Source of the DNA: Chrysomallon squamiferum
Taxonomy: Eukaryota > Animalia > Mollusca
NCBI GenBank assembly: GCA_012295275.1
Contig: CM022672.1
Span: 21,762,001 to 21,826,000 of the forward strand
Reading direction: 5' to 3'
Length of the DNA stretch: 64,000 nt
Position 1 is the first letter of the stretch. Each line of letters begins with the position of its first letter. Positions 39,798-52,795 of the stretch are shown piece by piece. The notes under the pieces were generated by a model, which saw only the letters and a list, made by a program, of their open reading frames with translations, did no database searches and was not told the DNA's origin. The translations under genes were made by a program, and so were the position numbers.

Positions 39798-42120
39798 CGT
39801 GTACAATGCATGCTTATGTTCTTATGTATGAACAGATGGTTATTAAAACTTACTGAAATTACTAGTGAAACTTTAAATTAATATGTATTTGTATGTGTAT
39901 GTGTGTTAAGTGTATGTATATTTATGTGTATGAGCACATTGTTATCATAAATTACTGATATTAATATCTGAAGCTTTAAATAAGTTTCACAAAAGTAACC
40001 AACCATCAGCACTCCCAGCATCATGTCGTAGTTGTTAATGAGGTACACCAGCTGTTCTTTTCTGTGAGGAAATGCAGCTGCCATCTTGAGGATGAAATTT
40101 TCAACTTCGGTCTGTAACTGGCTTAAAAGTCTGTCAGTCTTTTCATTTGGGTACGACTGATTAATTCCAATAATAGCGGCAGAAAACTCAGCATATCTTC
40201 GTGTAACCTACAATCACAAACATCTGATGGATGAAAAGATGGATGAAAAGAAAATTCCGAAATTAAATAAATGAAAAATTAATCAGGTATTTGTCCAAAT
40301 TAAATATATGTGCCTGATAATGATAAGCATCAAATAAAATGAAAAAACAAAAACAAAAGAAAAATGCATAATCTGAGTTTCTTTCTGAAATATGTATATT
40401 AATCTTGAAAAAAAATATCTCACTTATATTTATTTGGTTTATTTCCAGCCTACATGTTTACCCAAACCATCTTTATTTAAGAGAGAATTATAAACTTTTA
40501 ATATATATATATATATAAAATAAAATTCAAATTGTTCCCTTCTGAACACAACAGTATTATTTATCATCCCATTTTTGTGAAGCATTACTGTTCTCATTAA
40601 TTAACAATCATTAAAGACTGAGTCCACAGATCTACCATTAACAGAAGTAACTGTTACACTCACATAGTGAGGTCGTACGTCTATGTGGCCAAGCTTCTGT
40701 GGGTCACAGTCTCTAACACTGTTTATATTCAACTGAAGGATATACTCAAACCGAGGCCACAACACATTTAGAAGTGCCTCCCAGTACCTGAATCAGAAAC
40801 AGAGACAAAGAGGTGTTAACATCATATAATATCTGTTATGATGTGCATATGGGCAACATGAGGTGCTTCATGTTACGGTTAAGGATCTTTCAAGTAGTAA
40901 GGGATAAATATTAAAACAATAAATAAAATAACATACAAAATTAAAATTAAATAAAAGCATAAAATAAAATGTAACTATTCATCATAAAAAAATAAACTAG
41001 TATTAGTTTTCCGTGGTAATATACTATGGGAATGTTTCCATCAAGTTAGAATTTTGTACAACATGTGTCCCCTTCAACTGTGCAAGATAATTCACCTGTC
41101 CAAGCCAGTAACGTTTCTCTTCTGCATGATAGACCTGAATCGGTACACTATATGTATTGACAGAAAGATGGCTATAGCATCATAGCACTCATTAATATTA
41201 TCTTCCATCTGTTTCTGTAATACAGATAAATTAATATTAAGTCAGTGAAACAAATAAATAAACAAAGAAATATATATAAATAAACAAAGAAGTACATAAA
41301 TAAATAAATAAACAAAGAAACATATAAATAAATAACCAACCAACAAATTCATGAGAGCAATAAATCAACAAAATCAAGAAGCCATATATTATGTTACTTT
41401 CAACAATAAACAATTATCCATAAATGAAAATTAAAAAACAAAATAAGTACACAAATAAATATTTTGTCGTGCACAGGAATAAATAATAAATAAATTAATG
41501 AACAATTTAAAACTTACTTTTAGTATGAACTAAAAGAGAAAAACACTAAATATTTTGATTTACCATGAACATGGTCAGTGTTTTCCCCATAATGGCATCA
41601 AAGAGATTCTGTGCCACGGATCCAGTTGCCATGTAAAAATCTGCTACAAAGAGGAACTCACGACAACAATTGTCCATCAGTGCAAAATGTAGACTGCGAA
41701 AGATTGTCTCAAAAGTGTACTGCGAAACAGAAAATAAAATAAAATATCAAACTAAAATAAAAATTATATTAATAATAAAAGATACTGAATTTCATTAAAA
41801 TTCTTTGAAAGAAAAAAAAAAATTAAATAATAAAAAAAATGAATTAAACCCCAGAAAGAATGTGTTAAACATCTGGTATGAACGAATGGAGATTAATTTA
41901 TTTAATGATATTCAGTTTATTAAAGTTACATGGTGTTTATAATGGTGAAATCCACTGCCACTGTTTGTTAGGATAATTTTTTTTTTTTTTTTTTTTTTTT
42001 GTAGTAAACAAGAGACATTTGATGCTGACATACTGTGACCGTTGATACATCAACTAACTGGAATGGAGTGGAAATGGAAATTACTCATTGTTTTACTAGG
42101 GTCATTTGTAAATGTGTATG

Positions 42121-42182
<62 letters not shown>

Positions 42183-45100
42183 AAGGTATGTGTGATTATT
42201 AGTGTTTTTACTATTAATGAGATAGGAATTACATAAAGACACTGGATACATCATCGCATAATTATTTAGAGGTGTGGTTATTCATATTTATTTGAAGACA
42301 CTGCAAAAGCACACATTTTTATGTCATAATTACATTATTGATATCTTAGAAAAATACTTTCTCAGATTAAAATGATCTTGTTCAATGCAGTACACATATT
42401 ATTAGTGTATTAATATCCCACCCATGCCTGCTTAATTGTTAAATACTGAAGTTAAGAATACTGAAATTAATTCTTTACAAAAATGAAAAATGAGGATTGA
42501 CAATGTGTCAGAGTACAAACGTTTGAGAACAGTAGCCAATAAAACAATCTGGCAAAATCTAGAACCAAAATTTGGCTGTCTTTTTTCTTTATTTTCTTTA
42601 TATTACAAAGATAATATTTTATATACAGTACATGCTAAATGATTCAAAAACATGTATTCATATTCAAAGGTTGTGGCTGATTTAAGTCATCATCAAACTG
42701 TTTTACAATTATTATTAAAATATATTTTTTGGCAAAAAATAACAAATAATTTCAATTTCAGATGCAACCATTTTGTATAGCTTTATCCTGCAAGTATTTT
42801 ATTTAAATAAATGTTTTGACTTATTGAGTTAAATGTATTGTTTAACTAATCCAAAGAGCTCTATACAACCAGCATTATAAGCTTGATTAAAATTAAATAA
42901 GTTTATTTTTTAATTTGTAAAAAAAATTTTATTCACATAATTACTTTAAATTACTGTTCTTTATTATTATTATTTAACTTATCCAAAGAATATTATAGTA
43001 TTTATTAAAATTATATGAGTTTATTTTTTAATTTGTGAACATTATTTATAAATTTACTTATTTTTTAATAACTATCTTATTTTTTTTAAATTCAGATTCT
43101 CTTCATTAATAACATTTTATATACTGGCTTCTGCCATTTTTTAACATCGTTAAAATAAGAATATTTCTAAGAAATTAGTAATATGTTAATATTAATATGT
43201 AAGGGTGATGTGTTTGTGTGTTTAATACCAAGTAAACCCATCCTGCATGACAACCCAAACACATATAGATACAGATGCAAATGCCACAAAAGCTGTGAAT
43301 AACATTGCTCTAACTGTGAAAGGATAGCCACTTTTTTTTTCAGCTTCATTTCATTCAAAACTAATTTAAAAATAACCAAAAAATAAAAAATCACCAAATT
43401 CATGATCTGATTCCCTGCTTCTGTATTTAATTTTTAAATAACGAATACCAATATCAATAAAAATAAAAATTATAAAGTGAAGAAGAAGAAGAAAAAAAGA
43501 AATAATAATTATAGTAAAATATCTCCAGGAATATTTGGCCTAAAACAAAATCTTACTCTGGTCTCAGACTTTTGAGCTGCATGGGGAACAATGACTGGCG
43601 CTTCTAGCTCTGTTGTCAGAATCTCTCCTCGGTTGCCCAGAGTAAAAACTGTTGATCTGTTCTTTAGATGAGGCTTTGAGGAAAAGAAACCTGAATATGT
43701 TAAGGCTAAAAAACAAGCACAGTAATAAAATAACTGTAATAGCCGAACTAAAAAATTAAAAGTGTACCTGTGATGGTATCAATAAATAATCCAGAACATT
43801 TTTTTTTTTTTTAAGAATTAAAAACTTAAAAATAAATCAAAATACAATAAAATAAAAGATAAAATAACTAAATAAAAATAAAACACAGAGAATACAAAAA
43901 TAAATATAAAACCCAGAAATAAAAAGAATATATTTAAACTATTTGTTATCACCAAAGGTACATTTAAAAAAACATTAAAACAAAATAATAACTAAAATTA
44001 CAAAACTACAAAATAAAAAAATAAAAAAATAAATATATACATCTTAAGTGTAATGTTTCAATGGTCTGTAACACATTTTACTTATACTTCCAAGTTATTA
44101 TTTTATTCGTTTGGGTAACATATCACTGCAAGTGTGACTATAAATTAACACTGTTTCAATTCATTTCAACTCCCCCATTTTATTTCTTCACAATTGCAGG
44201 GCTAACTGACAGAAGAATATTTTTTTTCTGATGCCAGAAAAAAAACTTCATACTTCATAACTATAGAAAAATGGCCACGATAACATATGTTATAACAGAA
44301 TTGTTAGCCTTTTATAATTAGTTATTAATTAATATTGAATATTTGTTAATTTAAAAAAACAGAAGCAATTTTGGTAATATCTAGAATGAGAAAAATGGCC
44401 ACAATAACACATCTTATAACTGGTCTCTTAAGTTGTTATGGTTAGTTATTAACTAACATTGAATATTTGATAATTAAAAACAGTTATCCCATTGGAAACA
44501 TTTTAAAAACAGACACTTCACTTAACATCTTAGCAAAGGGACTAGAAAACAATATCCATTGATGTCAAACAAACTTTGCTGACAATAAAGTAAAATAATA
44601 AAATAATTGCAGTGTATGGAGGCTGACATTTGTTTTCCTCCCCCTTTTATGCCAACTGTAAAAAAAAAGATAAAAAAAAAGAAGAGAAACATCTCTGATA
44701 AAGAATAAAGCAAATTTACAATGATATAATTATTATTAAAGTTATTAAAGAATATCTGCCATCACAAACACATATAACTAAAGTTAGAATTCTACATATC
44801 ATGAAGCTGGAGAAGAGAGCAGAAAATGACAGTTGTCATAGCTACAAGATAAGAAAATTCATGCTGCATACAGAAATAAACCACAGAGTTCAATGTGAAG
44901 TTCAAACAGCTTTTTCTACATTTCCTTTACTGGCAGCTGATGATGTATTATCATCTTTAAAAATATATATCTACTTGCTTACTTGTTTTATTTAATGAGG
45001 TATACTGACAAACAATAAACTAACAAACAAACTAACTAACAAAATAACTAACTTACTAACTAACTAAATGTTATCTGTACATAACCATGTAACTGTGTAT

Positions 45101-48100
45101 AAAAATATCTCGAATATCTATTGTTATATCGTATGTTATATATGCATATTTGTGTAATTTTAATAATAATAATAACTGAACATACACAGAAGCACGTGCA
45201 CAAACACACCGACACACAAATTCATACATGACTCTGTACTAAATTTATTACTGATTTTGGTGATAATTAAAAAAGTAATTATATGCAGAGATATTCACTC
45301 CATCTGTTTCATATGCACATAACAGACATTACTTAACAGGCACTTGTGCATAAATTAAACAAAATGCTAAAGACAAAGGATACTTTTTTTGGCTGTATCC
45401 TCAACTCCCATGAGATCATCTTTCCCAGCCATTTCTTCAAACTGTAAAATATAATCACATATATATATATATATATATAAATACATATTTTTAAAAACAT
45501 TGTATTTAACTCAGTTTGTTAAATTATATTAATAATAAAAGATACTGAATTTCATTAAAATTCTTTGAAACAAAAAAAAAAATAATAATAATAAAAAAAA
45601 TGAATTAAATCCCAGAAAGAATGTGTTAAACATCTGGTATGAATGAATGGAGATTAATTTATTTAATGATATTCAGTTTATTAAAGTTACATGGTGTTTA
45701 TAATGGTGAAATCCACTGCATTATTCATTATTGTTCATTATTGTTTCAATTTTATTCTTTTTGTATTTTTAGATTTCATTTTTGAAACATTATGGTTCTG
45801 CCGCACAGATAGGCAAGTTGAAACTGCGTAATTCATTACTGCTGCAAATTTGATTGACATGTACATCAAGAATAACAAGTTCACAGATGATAGCAACCAA
45901 CTGTTGTTAAGACTACAAGAAAAATGAAATAAAAAAGTAATAAAAAAATATGTTAAAATAAGAATAAACCAAACTGTGTCCATGGTGAATTTCAATAAAA
46001 TGTTCTACTAACCATGGCAATTTAATAAGCATGGCTTTTTCTCAAACACACCCATATACCCACAAACTGAAACAGACAGACAAACACACACACACAGTTA
46101 TGCTAACTGAATGTTTTTTTTAACATTTTCTTTATGAAATTCAGCACGATGAAATAAATTAATAATACCTTGTCTTATTAAATTATAAAAAAAAAAAAAA
46201 TAAACAATTTTATTTTTAGAAATGTTTATGTTAGGATGTGGCAATCATTACCTGTAGCTTCATCAGCCTGCTAGAGTATCCCTTGAAGTAGGAATAGTAG
46301 ATTTTACTCATTGTGTCTATATACTCGTCTCTCACTTCCTTTGCTACATGTCTTTCATTAGCCATTAAAAATTCATTGAAAAACCTAGCAAAAGAAAGAT
46401 TAGTTTACTCACTGACATGTAAATTCAACACTTTGTACAACACTCACACATACATGTATACATACATACATACATACATACATATTAGTAGTATTTTAAA
46501 AACAAATAAGTGAGAAATAACACTGAAAAGGTGATTCAAATTTTTCACAGTAATTCCGTATGTCTTATGTAAACATAATTATAAACTTCTGGACTGAGTA
46601 TTTCTATCTCTTCGTATAACAATAAATACATATACTATCTGGTGCATAAATCATTCTAGTCTGGGAACAATATTTTGATTAGCAATAGTTTAAAACAGAT
46701 TAGCAATTAGATTATTAATAAAATTTTAAATCCAAGACATTATCTTAATCCTTAATTGTTAGATTCTGCTAATTCCCTCTTCTTTTTATAAAATACTTGA
46801 GCACCTGCTGTGATATTTAATATTAAGAGCAATCATGGAGAACTAACCACATTAATTAGTACAGAGGTGCATATTTGTATTATTTTTAAAAGAGGAAACT
46901 CTGGTAGCTTCATTTTTGAAAAACATTTTTCTAAGACATTTTAGACTGAGACTATTAAAATGACGTATTACCTAAACTTCAACATGGTGTTCTGTGCTAT
47001 CTGGTAGTTGGACATAGGCTTGCGAAATGAATTAATCTTTTGTAGAAGAAATTCTCTTATCTTTGCAATTGCCTAAAACGAAAGAATATTATGAAATAAG
47101 TATTCAGAGAAAATATAATCACACCCTACTCCAAGAATATAAACAAACTGGAACAAAATAACATTTAAACTATTTTTCAACAAAATCATTTAATAAAAAC
47201 GATATCATTAAATTATTAAGTAAACAACACTTTATTTTTCATTCACATAAAACTTCTTATTAATGGGGCTTTCGTTAGGTAAGAAATGATGGAGAAAAAT
47301 ACATAATTTCTTATTGCATAAAGAGGTGTTTTTATTTATTTTGTTAATAATGTTAATTTGCATAAGGGAGATAATCCAGCAAAAAAAACAAAAAAAAACA
47401 TTTAAATTATGTAATTTTTTTCATGTAAGAGAAATCATTATTTCAAGTTATCAGTAATTTTCTTTTTTCAGTTAAAATAATGCAGTCTCCATCCTCCACA
47501 GCTATTCAGACACACATACACACACACAGACACAGACAGACAGACAGACACACACACACATGCATAAACAGACACACACATATGTAATGTAAATATCTAT
47601 GTATATATACAGATATATAAAACTGCAATTTTCAAACAGCAAAATTTGTTTTATGAAGATTTTGAAAAATGAGTATGCTTACTTTTTATTATTTTTTTTT
47701 TCTAGAAATATGGATGAATGTACATGTGCATGAGATATGCATGAATATATACATAATTACACTTACATGTTTGTGCATAAATGTAACACACATCCTAATT
47801 ATTTTTGTTATATTAAAATGTCATCTTGAGATTACACTTCAAATAATTATAATGTTTGCTATTAAGAATTAAAATTATAACCTTCAGTTTGAGTTTTTCT
47901 AAAATATCTTTTACATCTTGACAAGATCTCGCATCTCGAAAACTCTGTTCTTTTACAAAATTTATCTTGTGATTCAGTTCATGAAGTTGTTCAAGGAATT
48001 CTCTTTCTGTGACAGTTGTGTCCAGAATGTGACTACAAAATAATTTTAATAAAATTAAAGTGCCTATTTAAGAATAAGAAAATAATTAAAACTGAAGAGA

Positions 48101-48264
48101 CAAAAGAGAGAGAGAGAGAGAGAGAGAGATTCTGCCATCTACAGAAATATGACAGAAGAGAAACAAAAAGAAATGGCTATTTATAGTTAATAATTTTAAT
48201 ACAATTAAAATATCTTTTTAAGAATAAGAAAATAATTAAAACTGAAGAGAGCGACAGACAAAAA

Positions 48265-48322
<58 letters not shown>

Positions 48323-51249
48323 CTGCCATCTACAGAAATATGACGGAAGAGAAACAAAAAGAAATGGCTATTTATAGTTAAATTTAAATGTTTATTACAT
48401 TATCCACAGAAATAAGAAACAACAAAAAGAATAATATAATTATTATTATTAAACTGGACATAATACATTTTCTCAACAGTAAGATACAGTATCTATTTAT
48501 ACAGATTAGTTGTTCTTAAAGGGATGATAGAGAAAATTAATTTGGAGTTGTTCTGACCTTTCTAAATCAATATGCTTTAGTTTTATAAAATGGTTGAATA
48601 GGGAATCAAAGGGACAGTACTCCAGAAGGTTTGGAAACTCACTGACATAGATTGAATGCAGTGATTTTTGTACATGAAAAGAAAATATCCCCAATTTTTG
48701 TAAATTCAAAACAAAATTCTACTAAGCAAACTGTCTACCCATACTGCTAAGCAAATTCTCATGATCAAATCTAAATACTTTACGGGTTAATTTAAGCTGA
48801 TGCTGTTTGGAACTTACTTAATCATACTTTCAGGAATTACCATTTCATCCACAAACTGGCTTAATTCACCTCTGATTGCCTGATAGAAAATTTAAGTGCA
48901 TAATTAAATTATGATACAATTTCAGAACTATATTTAATTTTTGTTAACATTAAAATTATTCATAAGAATATGACAGTTACAAAATAACTGCAAGGCAATG
49001 ATCATAAAAGATTAAAATAGTAAAAAATAAACATGTAATAATTAAATTAGATAATTAATTATATACAAGAATAACTGTAAAAATAAACAGTATGTCAATC
49101 AGGTTTTTGTTGCAATTCATAAAACCATAGATTTTTTTTTTTTAAGATAAATTCTGAACCAGTAAATAATCAATACATGATCCTTTAAAATCTGAAGCCA
49201 TAAAGCTGGGTCATCTTCCTTTTAAATTTTCAGTGTTTTAAAATTAGCACTGACCTGTCTGTTTTTCAGTTTTATGTTCATAGCAATAGATTGGTCCTGC
49301 AATGTTTGTATCTCATTGCTAATACTACTCAGATCTCCCTGGAAACCATTGAGCATCTGTTCCATCCTCTACATAGCAGAAAACCAAAAAAGATTAAATG
49401 ATTTAATCTATAATGATAAGGAATGTTTAAATTATAACTCAACAAGGGAATCTGATCTTTTCACATATTCTCTTACAGAAAATATTCTCATTACATACCA
49501 AGTATAAAAAGATGTACGATAATTATGTATTGCTATAACAACAGAAAGTTTATTTATTTATCATATGTAATTCCTTATTATGCATTAAGATAACTGAAAA
49601 ACAAAGGGATATAACTCTTTTCCTGGTAGTATATATAAATGTATGTGTATGTAGGCTGGAGGTTGGTCAGTTTTATGTTGCAGTTGATGAAACAATTTGA
49701 AATATTTCTGTGGATAAATCCTCAACCAGTAAATAACCATTAAATGACTGTATTATACATCTTTCAATATATGAAGGCAATTATTACAGTTTATAACAAT
49801 CATATCTCTATGTGAACATGTATCTATTTGTAGAATGTAGATATTTTTACATATTTACCTAAATCAAACAAAATTTACAGTAAAAAAAAAATTTCGTTGG
49901 GGTTTTAAACTCTTAAATTAATTCCATTAATAATTATTTTTCAAAAGTTCTAAACATTATAATTACATACCTCCAAAATGTTGTCACATGCTGCAATCTG
50001 GGTGTGAAGACTAGCAATGTTCTGACTTTCTTTAATGTCTGTTCAAGATATTAAGGAAGCAAAAACATCTTTTATGAAAAGTTAGAAAATTAAATATAAA
50101 TTAAAGACTACGCCAGACCAGTTAGGAAATTTATATGAAGAAACTGAATTTTGGAAGTATTTATATTACGAATAGCTAAATAGTTCAGTAACTGTTGTTG
50201 ACTTGACAATTTAGCTATCAACTAATATTTACTAATGAAGTTAGAGCAGATATAAGATATATGATCTGTGTAATACTAATATTGTATTAAATCAGGAACA
50301 ACCATGACTATGAACAGGAATCTGAATGTACAAAGTATCAACTTTGTTATATACAACTTATGTAAACCAACACAGCACAATTTAATATGATAAATATAAG
50401 TTTCAGTACAACAAAATTTTATTCCAGTTGTTTTTTCCCTGAACAACTTATTGAAACAATGATCTGCCATTGTCCTGTGCTATTTTGTAAGCTAAGTAAG
50501 AACAACAAAGTACAAATTCTGAGATATGTATTATATCCATGGTACAACAGAATTGGAAAACAGCTCTATTTGTTAGTGGTTCTGTGCCTTGTTATTAATT
50601 ATAATAGTGCTGAAAGTTGAATGGATGCAATCTATTAGCACCTTTGGTGCTGAATGATGGAGATCTCAGCAATGCAGTATGCATATGATATGGTGCTGAA
50701 TGACGATGATCTCCTTCATACTCATTAGTGATGTGACTTCCAGTGCTGATGTAGGCAATCTACTATGGGCTTCCCCGGCATTCAGAAAATCATGGCGAGT
50801 ATGAGCAGAAACTGGTTTCAAATTGCAAAAATCCCCAAAACACCCAGCACTGAAGGTGTTAATAATCTAATGACACCACTGATTAGCGACATTTACCATG
50901 ACCTTCAGTAAGATTTATGTTATAGTTCCTATACGTTACTACTATATGCGATGAATCAGTTCTGTTGTGAAAGGATACAGTCTTGAATAGAAGCATTTTC
51001 CACCTCCAGCAGTTCCCTTTCAATCTGCTTGGAATACTGGCGCAGATCAACACCCTAGATGACAAATAGATTATTACAGAAGAAGAAGAATATCATTTAT
51101 TTCTCAAATGATTCATTATAAATAATTTAGTACTTTAGAAAGTTGTTTTAATTTTGAAAACAAACCTCTACAAACAAAAACAGCAGCAATACAGTATGAA
51201 ATCTGTCAAATTATTTCCTGTAATAATAATAATTATAGTAACAATAACA

Positions 51250-51303
<54 letters not shown>

Positions 51304-52456
51304 TTAAAATGATTTGCAATGTGAATAACATAATAAAATGTGAATAAATATTTGCTTAGTTTAATTAGGTAAAAAATATTTTAATATATATTATTATTGA
51401 TTAAAATCAAACTATGTAACATACTTACATAGCATAAAGAAACCATTCAACCAAACAAATAACTTAAAATAACAGAAACAAACACTATTAATTAACTTAC
51501 AGCTTTCAGAGCTTCCTTCACTACTTCATCTTCTAGGTTTTGTTGAATGTGAACTGTAATTATTAACATATAAAACAATCACTGATTTTAGTATTCAGGA
51601 ATTAAAAATATAAATGTATACATTTAAGTACATTTTCATTTTCATAACACAGATACATTATTACATTTCATGGACACTTCAACTAGACATATTAAATATC
51701 TCTGAAATATCTGACGTTCATCTATTAATATATATCAAGATCTGAATGTATACATAAGGCATATATAATGTGTACACACAGTGTAAATTGTATTATGTTA
51801 TGTGTGTGATTATTAATTAATTTTGGTCACTCAAATATTACCATCAACTTCTTCCAGTAGAAAATCTTCTGATGTGAGATCCAATTCACCAAGGTTGAGG
51901 TTGACATCCTCAAAATTCTGTGGGTTTTGGGTTTGATGATTTTTTTGTAAATGGAAGATATAAACTGAATTATTATTGATTTCATATAATTAATACATGT
52001 ATTATTATTATATGACAACATACTGAAATATATACGAATGATGAACAGCACAATTATGTGACAATAGAATGAGAAGATTTATTTACATTGTGGTCCTGTT
52101 AATATTTATAATGTCCTTTTATATATATAAAAAATATATAATAGTAATGATACCTATAATAATAATAATAATATCTGCATTACTACTAAAAAATAAAGAT
52201 TAAAATTATGTTTGCATCATTGATCATTTGATGCACTTCTGATGTTCTGTGACTTCAAAACCGAAAACTACAAAAGGTTTATCATTCATTGTATAGATTT
52301 TTCTTTTTAAGCGCTGCCGATTATTGTCATGCACGCATAAACTCCCATAAAAAAATCCTGAAAAATAAAAATATAAAAGAAAAAGAGAGAGATGAGGAAA
52401 AGAAATGCATAATTGTAAACAACCTCAACATTTTTGACATCTGTTAACGTCGACAT
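38257..52456 (-). CDS. VPS52: Vacuolar protein sorting-associated protein 52 (GARP/EARP subunit), about 701 aa, 19 coding exons
   Basis: Exons 52424-52456 (tentative), 51842-51917, 51501-51553, 50979-51054, 49971-50038, 49255-49368, 48818-48879, 47882-48032, 46972-47072, 46252-46384, 45384-45441, 43557-43690, 41564-41719, 41096-41214, 40664-40787, 40004-40207, 39057-39234, 38587-38705 and 38257-38403 sum to 2106 nt. The translation LGELDLTSEDFLLEEVDVHIQQNLEDEVVKEALKAGVDLRQYSKQIE...RPHYVTRRYAEFSAA...YLINNYDMMLGVLMER...INIHHVMVEVKKYKPNF* is VPS52. Confidence 0.97.
43691..45383 (-). other. U12-type GT-AG intron (VPS52 intron 11)
   Basis: 5'ss AAAAAAA|GTATCCTTTGTC; branch site GCCTTAAC then ATATTCAG|; no long pyrimidine tract; phase 1. 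Confidence 0.9.
48041..48381. repeat. Local tandem duplication (about 150-190 bp, two copies), each containing (GA)n
   Basis: taattttaata.aattaaa...taagaataagaaaataattaaaactgaagaga...(ga)n ttctgccatctacagaaatatgac.gaagagaaacaaaaagaaatggctatttatagttaa at 48041-48190 and 48191-48381. Confidence 0.9.
50039..50978 (-). other. U12-type GT-AG intron (VPS52 intron 4)
   Basis: 5'ss GACT|GTATCCTTTCAC; branch site TTCCTTAAT (50050-50058) then ATCTTGAACAG|; the splice restores the conserved QD-Y-IKES. Confidence 0.92.
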
Positions 52457-52795
52457 CTTATTTAGTCTCGATTTTATAATATCGATCAACATATTTTCGG
52501 GCAATAATAATAAATGAAATAAGGTATTTTTATTACTATTATTTTTATTTTAAATTGTGATCATTTATTTTTAGGCTTTTGGTTTTAATTATCATTAGTT
52601 ATACTGAATTAGTAACAAATGATAGTGATTTTCATTTTAAATTTGTAAATTATGTATTTCATTTTATTTAAATCACAATGTACTTACAGATATATTCGTT
52701 TATATCAGAGTTCTGGTTCGATGTTTACCAATCATTTAAGCATAATGCGCATGCGTTAAACTAGGAAACTTCCTTTTCCTACAACAATATCCAAC
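52457..52795. promoter_or_regulatory. Compact bidirectional promoter for VPS52/RPS18 with an NRF1-like site and a TCT/5'TOP tract
   Basis: Divergent ATGs at 52456 (-) and 52796 (+). TGCGCATGCG at 52746-52755; pyrimidine tract CTTCCTTTTCCT at 52769-52780, just before the RPS18 start. Confidence 0.75.

Larger units (their letters stand above)
23576..48319. repeat. About 12 kb tandem segmental duplication: copy A about 23576-35323, copy B about 36290-48319
   Basis: Near-identical colinear sequence at an offset of about 12.7-13.0 kb (gatgtgtgtgtg..accaaacgcacacatacgcagatacac at about 23588 and 36301; all VPS52 exons 8-19), with scattered SNPs and indels. Both ends run into (GA)n. Confidence 0.97.

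Noticed and set aside
50741-50852. Short inverted repeat CAGTGCTG...CAGCACTG inside VPS52 intron 4
   Set aside because: Only 8 bp and no target-site duplication; not enough to call a MITE.
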